Both the position numbers and the translations under genes were made by a program. A stretch of 64,000 nucleotides of DNA, from contig JAYRWX010000042.1 in NCBI GenBank assembly GCA_041917795.1, positions 44,981-108,980 of the forward strand. Direction: 5' to 3'. This DNA is from Verrucomicrobiales bacterium (GTDB taxonomy: Bacteria; Verrucomicrobiota; Verrucomicrobiia; Verrucomicrobiales; DEV007). The notes under the pieces were generated by a model. The model made no database searches, was not told where the DNA came from, and saw nothing but the letters and a program-made list of their open reading frames with translations. Shown here one piece after another: positions 57,749 to 64,000 of this stretch; position 1 is the first letter of the stretch; each line of letters opens with the position of its first letter.

Positions 57749-58623
57749 ACCGACGCCATTCCAGAATCGGGGCGGGATTCGAGTCGCTGCGGGCGCGGCT
57801 CTGGCAGATGCGGCGGGTGCTGCTGCTGGCAGTGCCCTATGTGATCCTGTTAGGCTGGCTCTACGGGGCGGAGAGCGATGGCGACGTGCGTCCGGTCGAG
57901 CTCTACGAGTCCCGGGAGACCCCGCTCTGGGATGCGCCGAGCCGCGCACATTGGTTTGGCACCGCGGCGAACGGCGCCGATCTCTTCGAACTGAGCCGCC
58001 TGGCGATGGCCTCCTCGGTCTCCATCGCGGTGGTGACGGTGGGTGTCGGGATCGGGGTGGCTTTGCTTTTGGTGTCGCTCTTTCTTTTCGATGAAAGATC
58101 GAATCGCTTTACCTGGGTCGAAAGCGCCTCGCGGACTCTGGGCGTGTTGCCGGTGATGGTGGGACTGGTGCTGTTCCTCGGCACGGCGCAGGGCGGGGTG
58201 TTCCTCGAGATGGTCGCGCTCTCGATGGCGGTGGGCTTTCACCTCGCTCCGCTGCTGGCGGTCTGGTTCCGCGAGGAGGAAAGCGGGTTCCACATCCTCG
58301 CCTCGCGCCTCGCCGGACAGACGCGCGGCGAACTGGTGCGCAGACGCACCTTCCCGAAGGTGCTGCGGCGCTTGCCGGGGATCTTTGCGCTGTTGGTGCC
58401 CCAGGTTTTGCTGGTGGAGATGGCGCTCTCTTTCCTTGGTTTGACCGGCGAGCGGCTCGGGGTCGGAGCGATGGTGGCGCGGGGTCAGGATTACCTGATC
58501 GAGGCTCCGTGGATGACGATCTATCCGGGCGTTTTCGCGACGTCGATCGTGCTGATTTTTTCCCTGCTGGGCTGGCGCATTGCCGATGCCTTGAAAACGG
58601 GTCTGCTGCCCCGATTCGCCTGA
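57745..58623 (+). CDS. ABC permease (DppC/OppC-like, divergent)
   Basis: It has HWFGTAANGADLF (compare the DppC block HxLGTDxxGRD) and multiple TM segments. An ATGA overlap links it to the previous gene. Confidence 0.7.
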   Translation: MNRRHSRIGAGFESLRARLWQMRRVLLLAVPYVILLGWLYGAESDGDVRPVELYESRETPLWDAPSRAHWFGTAANGADLFELSRLAMASSVSIAVVTVGVGIGVALLLVSLFLFDERSNRFTWVESASRTLGVLPVMVGLVLFLGTAQGGVFLEMVALSMAVGFHLAPLLAVWFREEESGFHILASRLAGQTRGELVRRRTFPKVLRRLPGIFALLVPQVLLVEMALSFLGLTGERLGVGAMVARGQDYLIEAPWMTIYPGVFATSIVLIFSLLGWRIADALKTGLLPRFA

Positions 58624-58624
58624 T

Positions 58625-59506
58625 ATGAGCAACGACCCCGGATTCCTCAGCGTCGAAAACCTCACTCTCGAGGTGCCTGGCTTGCCCTCGGAGCGCCGGA
58701 TCGGTCTGCGCCGGATCGAGCTTTCCCTCGCGCCCGGCGAGATCCTCGCCTTGGCGGGAGAGGCCGGAAGCGGTGCGTCTTTGCTGCTGCAAATGATCGC
58801 CGGCATCGCCGATCCGCGGGTGAAGGTGTTGACGGGCGAACTTCGTTTCGAGGGTCGCACGCTGCTGAGCCGCCGCCGCGACGGAGTCGCGCTGCGGCGT
58901 GGACCGATCACGATCCTGTGCTCCATGGCGGCGGCCCCGGCCGATCCAGAGCGGCGGGTGCGCGATTGGTTGCGCGATCTCCGGCCAATGCGGCGCCCGG
59001 GCGGACAGGGATGGAGCGAGGCCTTTCTCGAGGTGGGTCTGTTGGAGCCCGAGACTCTCGTGAAACGCCGCCTCGTCGATCTGCCCTTGCTTGACCGGCA
59101 CCGGCTCGGCTTGGCCCGGGCGCTGATCCTTGGCTCGCGCCTGCTGCTTTGTGAAGAGGTGGAGAAAGACCTCGACCCGCTCGCATCGCAGCATTTCGGC
59201 GAGATCCTCCGGCGCATCCGCGACACGCATGGCATCGGCATCCTCGTGGCGGGCGGATCCATGCGCCGCCTCGCGCGCTACGCCGACCGGCTTGGCGTGT
59301 TGTTCGAGGGAGCCCTGCTCGAATTGGGCGAGGCCGCCGCAGTTCTTTCTGAGCCGCTGCATCGCTACACCGCGGAGTTCCGGGACTGTGAGGTGCCTCC
59401 ACTCGGGGTGCTGCCGGATTTTCCTCCCATCAGTCGCCGTGCGATCCGCGAAGCGGAGGAAGCGATGCCTCATCACCTCGGCGACGCCGCGGAACCGGCC
59501 GGGTAG
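58625..59506 (+). CDS. ABC nucleotide-binding-domain homolog with degenerate catalytic motifs
   Basis: The ABC fold is recognisable, but the Walker A reads GEAGSGAS, with Ala (GCG, 58775-58777) where the Lys should be. The signature region reads LPLLDRHR, the Walker B reads LLLCEE, and no H-loop His is present. Confidence 0.7.
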   Translation: MSNDPGFLSVENLTLEVPGLPSERRIGLRRIELSLAPGEILALAGEAGSGASLLLQMIAGIADPRVKVLTGELRFEGRTLLSRRRDGVALRRGPITILCSMAAAPADPERRVRDWLRDLRPMRRPGGQGWSEAFLEVGLLEPETLVKRRLVDLPLLDRHRLGLARALILGSRLLLCEEVEKDLDPLASQHFGEILRRIRDTHGIGILVAGGSMRRLARYADRLGVLFEGALLELGEAAAVLSEPLHRYTAEFRDCEVPPLGVLPDFPPISRRAIREAEEAMPHHLGDAAEPAG

Positions 59507-60456
59507 TCGAGCAGTGTAGCGGGGAGGGGAGATAACTCCGCGGGCAGCTCGCCGCCACGATGGAGGAGCGCCGCGAAGCCACCCACGCCGAGATCGACCT
59601 GTGGGAAAAGCCGATAGGCTGGCAGCGGGCTGAGCCGGGTGCGGTTCGGCTCGAGATGGGGCACGACGACCGCGGACCAGCCGGGCTCGGTTTTCAGAAA
59701 GCGCTCCACGACTCCTTCGTTTTCCCTCGGACTGAAGGTGCAGGTCGTGTAGAGCAGGAAACCGCCAGGGCAGATCAGCTTTGCGGCCTCGGCAAGGATG
59801 CGCGACTGGCGGCGGGCATTGCCTTTCACCGTGCCGGGGAAAAAGCAGCCGGGGTTTTCGATGCCCTTGGCGAGCAGGGATTGTCCGGAGCAGGGTGCGT
59901 CGACCAACGCGAGGTGGAAGGATTCCGCGGCGAGCGAAGCGAGCGCGCCGGGCTCCATCCGCTGGGTGAACACGCGATCGACCTGGCAGCGTGCGAGGTT
60001 GTGACGCAGCATGCCGAGCCTTTTCCCTTCGATCTCGTTCGCGAGCAGCAGGTCGGGGCGGAGCCAAACCGAGGCGAGCAGCGATTTTCCTCCCGGAGCC
60101 GCGCAGAGGTCGAGCACCCGCGGTGCTTCCGGCAAGGAGGCGCGGATGGTCAGCATCGCCGAGGCGGTGGCCACCGAGGAAAGATCCAGCGGATAGACCG
60201 ATCCGGCGGCGTAGGCGGCACTGTGTCCAACCTTGGTGCCGGCAGGCACGAGATCGATGCTTTCGGGCACCCAGGCAGGCAGGGCAGAGCGCGGCAGGGT
60301 CTCGATCGCGGAGGGATCGCGGGGACCGGTCCAGAGGATCGCGCCGGTTCGGGCGGCGGGGGCGACCAGGGCGCGGAGGAAACGCTCCTGCTCTCCGGCG
60401 TCTTCGGGGAACAGGCCTTCGGCCGCGCGAGACATCAGCGGGGTCGCGTCCTTCAT
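59473..60456 (-). CDS. RNA cytosine-C5 methyltransferase (RsmB/RsmF, NOL1/NOP2/Sun family)
   Basis: VLDLCAAPGGKS, DAPCSGQS and LLYTTCTFSPRENE. Confidence 0.85.
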   Translation of the reverse strand: MKDATPLMSRAAEGLFPEDAGEQERFLRALVAPAARTGAILWTGPRDPSAIETLPRSALPAWVPESIDLVPAGTKVGHSAAYAAGSVYPLDLSSVATASAMLTIRASLPEAPRVLDLCAAPGGKSLLASVWLRPDLLLANEIEGKRLGMLRHNLARCQVDRVFTQRMEPGALASLAAESFHLALVDAPCSGQSLLAKGIENPGCFFPGTVKGNARRQSRILAEAAKLICPGGFLLYTTCTFSPRENEGVVERFLKTEPGWSAVVVPHLEPNRTRLSPLPAYRLFPQVDLGVGGFAALLHRGGELPAELSPLPATLLDYPAGSAASPR

Positions 60457-60522
60457 CGCGACGCCTCCGCACTGGACATCGCGCCGTATTCGCCTATCGG
60501 AAACGCCCTTTTTGCACGGTTC

Positions 60523-61569
60523 ATGATCACGGAAGACTCAGTTCGGGAAAAGCTCAGGAAAGTCAACTACCCCGGCTTCAGCCGCGACATCGTTTCCTTC
60601 GGCCTGATCAAGCAGGTCATCGTCAGCGGCGCCGATATCACCGTGCTGGTCGGCCTCGCCACCCGCGATCCGAACATTCCCCGCCAGATCCACCAAGGCA
60701 TCGAGACTGCTCTCGCCGAGCTCGGCGGGTCGGGGAAAATCACGATCGACTTCGACATCAAGGATCCGCCGGAAGCCGCCGCCGCCAATCCGGCCTCGGC
60801 CCAGACTTCGATCCCGGGGATCAGGAAAGTCATCGCCGTGGCGAGTGGAAAAGGAGGTGTCGGCAAATCGACCATCGCGACGAATCTCGCGATCGCCCTT
60901 TCCCGCACCGGTGCCCGGGTCGGGCTCTGCGACTGCGACCTCTACGGTCCCAGCGTCGCCTTGATGCTCGGCGCGACCGACCAGCAGCCGATGGCCACGG
61001 AGCAAAACGAGATCATTCCGATCGAGGCCCAGGGGATCAAGGCGATCTCGATGGGTTTCCTGCTTTCCGAGGATTCGCCGGTGATCGTGCGCGGTCCGCT
61101 CGCGACCCGCTACACCCAGCAATTCCTGCGGCAATGCCTCTGGGGAGAGCTCGATTACCTCGTCCTCGATCTGCCTCCGGGCACCGGAGACATCCAGCTC
61201 ACCATCGTCCAGACCGTCGCGATCAGTGGCAGCGTCATCGTCACGACCCCGCAGGAAGTCGCCCTGATCGACGCCCGCAAGGCCGCCTCGATGTTCCAGA
61301 AGGTGAAAGTGCCCATCACGGGCATCATCGAGAACATGGCCTGGTTCGAATGCGATCACGGAACCCGTTACCCCATCTTCGGCGAGGGTGGTGGAGCGGC
61401 GGAGGCGGCTCGGCTCGGCGTGCCCTTGCTCGCCCAGATCCCTCTCGACATCGCCACCCGCGAGCGCGCCGATGCCGGGCGACCGGTGGCTGCTCTCGAT
61501 CCGGCCGAAAATGCCATCTCCGCGGCCTTCGCGCGGTTGGCCGAGACCCTGATCCAAACCCTCGCCTGA
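60523..61569 (+). CDS. apbC: Fe-S cluster carrier ATPase Mrp/ApbC
   Basis: The N-terminal domain is MIP18-like (VNYPGFSRDIVSFGLI). It also has VASGKGGVGKST, DLPPGTGD, and a motif region like the ENMS/CxxC region (IENMAWFECDHG). Confidence 0.9.
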   Translation: MITEDSVREKLRKVNYPGFSRDIVSFGLIKQVIVSGADITVLVGLATRDPNIPRQIHQGIETALAELGGSGKITIDFDIKDPPEAAAANPASAQTSIPGIRKVIAVASGKGGVGKSTIATNLAIALSRTGARVGLCDCDLYGPSVALMLGATDQQPMATEQNEIIPIEAQGIKAISMGFLLSEDSPVIVRGPLATRYTQQFLRQCLWGELDYLVLDLPPGTGDIQLTIVQTVAISGSVIVTTPQEVALIDARKAASMFQKVKVPITGIIENMAWFECDHGTRYPIFGEGGGAAEAARLGVPLLAQIPLDIATRERADAGRPVAALDPAENAISAAFARLAETLIQTLA

Positions 61570-61626
61570 TCCGCGTGGCAGCGGGGGCTTGACGAAGACC
61601 GTCGCGAAGTGCAAAAAGGGGCAGCA

Positions 61627-61812
61627 ATGAAACGCTCCATCCAACTCGTCGTCCTCCTGTCCCTGCTCGGGTCTTTCCTCGCCTCTTGTGCATCGACCCG
61701 GGGTCCGCGGGCGATGGGACGTCCCTACGCCTCCAGCCCGCTCGATGACCCGACCGGTGATTGGAATGTGATCAAGGCCAGCGGCGGCACCCGCATCAAA
61801 TACGGCCAGTGA
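61627..61812 (+). CDS. small lipoprotein (61 aa)
   Basis: MKRSIQLVVLLSLLGSFLASC contains the lipobox LASC. The start is set at the ATG at 61627 within ORF 61609..61812. Confidence 0.5.
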   Translation: MKRSIQLVVLLSLLGSFLASCASTRGPRAMGRPYASSPLDDPTGDWNVIKASGGTRIKYGQ

Positions 61813-61941
61813 TGAGGTCGGGCTCCAGCATCGCCGCTGTCCGAGCCCTCCCGCGAATCCGTCAGCTTTTTCAAACTTGCGCGCCCGAAATTAATGGGAT
61901 TAGGTCCCATTATCCGCTCGGGGACGTATTTGCTCCGAATT

Positions 61942-62424
61942 ATGAAAGGAAATCCAGAAGTCATCAACGCCCTCAATGCCGGGCTCACCATCGAGCTCAC
62001 GGCCATCAACCAGTACTTCATCTGCTCGAAGATGTGCAAGGATTGGGGGCTCAACGGTCTCGCCGCCCACTTTTACGAGGAGTCGATCGAGGAAATGAAG
62101 CATGCCGAGGAGGTCATCGACCGCATTCTCTTCCTCGAGGGAGTGCCGGAGATCGCGCGCTACGACAAGATCCTCGTCGGCACCGATCCGAAGCAGCAGA
62201 TCCAGGACAGTCTGACGCTCGAGACCAAGGGGGTCGCGACCTACAACGAGGGCATCCGTCTCTGTCTCGAGGTCGGCGATGCCGGCAGCCGAGACCTGAT
62301 GGAGCGGATGGTCGTCGAGTCAGAGCACAGCATCGACTGGGCCGAAACGCAGCTCGACCTGATCGAGCGCATCAGCTTGGAGCGCTATCTCGCCCAGCAG
62401 CTCGGCGAGTCGAAGGAGGATTGA
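61942..62424 (+). CDS. bfr: bacterioferritin
   Basis: MKGNPEVINALN...ELTAINQYF...EESIEEMKHAE...E..H..W shows Bfr di-iron ligands, and the haem-ligand Met context (IEEMKHA) is present. The start is set at the ATG at 61942. Confidence 0.92.
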   Translation: MKGNPEVINALNAGLTIELTAINQYFICSKMCKDWGLNGLAAHFYEESIEEMKHAEEVIDRILFLEGVPEIARYDKILVGTDPKQQIQDSLTLETKGVATYNEGIRLCLEVGDAGSRDLMERMVVESEHSIDWAETQLDLIERISLERYLAQQLGESKED

Positions 62425-62430
62425 AGCCGC

Positions 62431-62730
62431 ATGTCGCCGGATCCGGCCATCACCCTGCCCACCTGTCGCTTTCGCCAGCCTGGCGCGGAGGAGGGGCCGC
62501 TCTGCCACTGCACCGGGGTCACCGAGGCCACGGTGCAGGCGGCGGTGATGAGCGGAGTCGATTCCCTGATCGGCGTGATGACCGAGACGGGGGCCGGCAC
62601 CGGTTGCCGAGCCTGTCATTGCCGGATCAACCGGGTCCTCCAAGGCCTGCCAGCCAAGTGCGGTGGCCGTTTCGATCTCTGCCACCAGTGCGGCTGCATT
62701 GGGGCGATCTGTCGCTGCGAGGCGGCGTGA
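62431..62730 (+). CDS. bfd: bacterioferritin-associated ferredoxin (BFD-like [2Fe-2S]) with Cys-rich C-terminal extension
   Basis: The CHC...CRAC pattern matches BFD-like domains. The extra tail is CGGRFDLCHQCGCIGAICRC. It sits immediately downstream of bfr. Confidence 0.75.
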   Translation: MSPDPAITLPTCRFRQPGAEEGPLCHCTGVTEATVQAAVMSGVDSLIGVMTETGAGTGCRACHCRINRVLQGLPAKCGGRFDLCHQCGCIGAICRCEAA

Positions 62731-62743
62731 ACTTTTCTCCCTC

Positions 62744-63841
62744 ATGCGCCTGCTGCTGATCGCCGGCCTGCTCGCGGGCGGCGCGCTGCGCGCCCAGGAC
62801 CCGTTCGAGGCGAGCTACACGCCCCCCGAGGAGTTCGCGGATGATCTGGGCGACTTCCGCCCCGTGCTGCGCTTCGACGACGGCAGTCCGGTCAAAACGA
62901 AGGAAGACTGGGCTCGTCGCCGCGAGGAGATCCGCGCCTATTGGATGGAAAAGATGGGGGCTTGGCCCGACCTGATCGAGCATCCCGAGGTGGAGATCCT
63001 TGCGACCGAGCGTGTGGAGAGCCTCACCCGCCACCGGGTCCGCTTCCTCTGGACGCCGACGGAAAAGACGACCGCTTATTTGCTGATCCCTGACAAAACT
63101 ACCACGGAGAAGAGTCCGGCCGTGCTGACCGTCTATTACGAGCCCGAGACCGCCGTCGGGCTCGGCACGGAAGACCGCGACTTCGCGATCGCGCTGGCCC
63201 GCCGCGGCTTCGTCACCCTCTCGATTGGCACGACAGAGGCGAGTGCGGCGAAGACCTATTCGATTTACTGGCCTTCGCTCGAAGCGGCCGACGTCCAGCC
63301 GCTCTCGATGCTGGCCTACGCCGCGGCGAATGCGTGGCACGTCCTCGCCGCCCGTCCCGAGGTCGATTCCGCGCGCATCGGCGTGGTCGGCCATTCGTTC
63401 GGGGGGAAATGGGCGATGTTCGCTTCCTGCCTTTTCGACCGTTTCGCCTGCGCCGTCTGGAGCGATCCGGGGATCGTCTTCGACACGCGGCCGAGTGTGA
63501 ACTACTGGGAGCCGTGGTACCTCGGCTATTACCCGCAGCCGTGGCAGCGTCGCGGTATTCCCGATGCGGAAAACCCGGCCCGCGGCCTTTATCCCGAACT
63601 CCTCGCTGAGGGCCGCGACCTGCATGAACTGCACGCGCTGATGGCACCGCGGCCCTTCCTCGTTTCGGGTGGCAGCGAGGATTCTCCGTCGCGGTGGCGC
63701 GCGCTCAACCACAGCGTCGCGGTCAACCGTCTGCTTGGATTTGACAAGCGCGTCGCGATGCACAACCGACCCGATCACTCCCCCAATCCGCAGTCCAACG
63801 AGGTGATATACCGCTTCTTCGAAACGGCGCTGAGGCCCTGA
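62744..63841 (+). CDS. exported alpha/beta hydrolase (acetyl xylan esterase / dienelactone hydrolase-like)
   Basis: The signal peptide is MRLLLIAGLLAGGALRAQ and the nucleophile elbow is GHSFGGK. The start is set at the ATG at 62744. Confidence 0.65.
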   Translation: MRLLLIAGLLAGGALRAQDPFEASYTPPEEFADDLGDFRPVLRFDDGSPVKTKEDWARRREEIRAYWMEKMGAWPDLIEHPEVEILATERVESLTRHRVRFLWTPTEKTTAYLLIPDKTTTEKSPAVLTVYYEPETAVGLGTEDRDFAIALARRGFVTLSIGTTEASAAKTYSIYWPSLEAADVQPLSMLAYAAANAWHVLAARPEVDSARIGVVGHSFGGKWAMFASCLFDRFACAVWSDPGIVFDTRPSVNYWEPWYLGYYPQPWQRRGIPDAENPARGLYPELLAEGRDLHELHALMAPRPFLVSGGSEDSPSRWRALNHSVAVNRLLGFDKRVAMHNRPDHSPNPQSNEVIYRFFETALRP

Positions 63842-63846
63842 ATCCC

Positions 63847-64000
63847 TCAGGCCAGATAGGGATTGTGCCGCTTTTCCTCACCGATCGTCGTGGCCGGTCC
63901 ATGACCGGGCAGCACCAGGGTTTCATCCGGCAGCGGCCACAATTTTTCACGGATGCCCGAGATCAATTGCGCGTGATTGCCGTTGGGGAAATCGGTCCTC
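63847..64000 (-). CDS. MBL-fold hydrolase (GloB/hydroxyacylglutathione hydrolase-like), C-terminal fragment; the N-terminus lies beyond the window
   Basis: Minus-strand translation gives ...[50 protein letters not shown]. This is the typical C-terminus of GloB-like MBL proteins. Confidence 0.75.
   Translation of the reverse strand, partial: RTDFPNGNHAQLISGIREKLWPLPDETLVLPGHGPATTIGEEKRHNPYLA

Overview
This is a high-GC bacterial chromosomal segment. Hand counts of typical 60-nt lines give about 60-67% G+C. It holds roughly 58 protein-coding genes and 2 tRNAs (Ser-CGA, Gly-CCC), with no rRNA and no CRISPR array. The protein repertoire includes a sulfatase, a PQQ-like beta-propeller, a giant propeller/PKD/di-haem peroxidase fusion, and exported KatG and SOD. 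That mix suggests a Verrucomicrobiota/Opitutales-like organism, but this is inference only, since no search was possible.

Most of the window is housekeeping: fabF (partial), an msbA-like exporter, queA, a 7TM-HD/ybeY pair, nnr, an amidase, an FKBP PPIase, PNP, panE, a beta-lactamase/NamZ fusion, queH, glgB, an rlmD-like methyltransferase, divergent katG-oxyR, gap-pgk-tpiA, DUF1015, recQ, sod, an Opp/Dpp-like ABC operon, rsmB/F, apbC, and bfr-bfd.

The unusual content is:
1. A RayT-type Y1 transposase flanked by a four-copy, ~120-bp composite REP-like array (22979-24025).
2. Directly next to it, a mosaic AT-richer accessory segment (about 24090-28060) bracketed by a 10-bp direct repeat. It encodes a signal-less trypsin-like protease, two small unknown ORFs separated by a 19-bp direct repeat, and a coiled-coil/zinc-ribbon protein paired with an FRG-domain protein. 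This is my best candidate for an undescribed, possibly defence-type, module.
3. A divergent ParA/MinD-like P-loop protein with an unknown partner, wedged between oxyR and gap.
4. Three tandem paralogs of an unrecognised secreted protein family.
5. An Opp/Dpp-like ABC operon whose only nucleotide-binding protein has lost every catalytic motif.
6. A tRNA-Gly whose discriminator base is the A of the next gene's ATG.
7. A duplicated tRNA-Ser 3-prime end.

All functional calls rest on motif recognition by eye. No database search, HMM or structure prediction was available.
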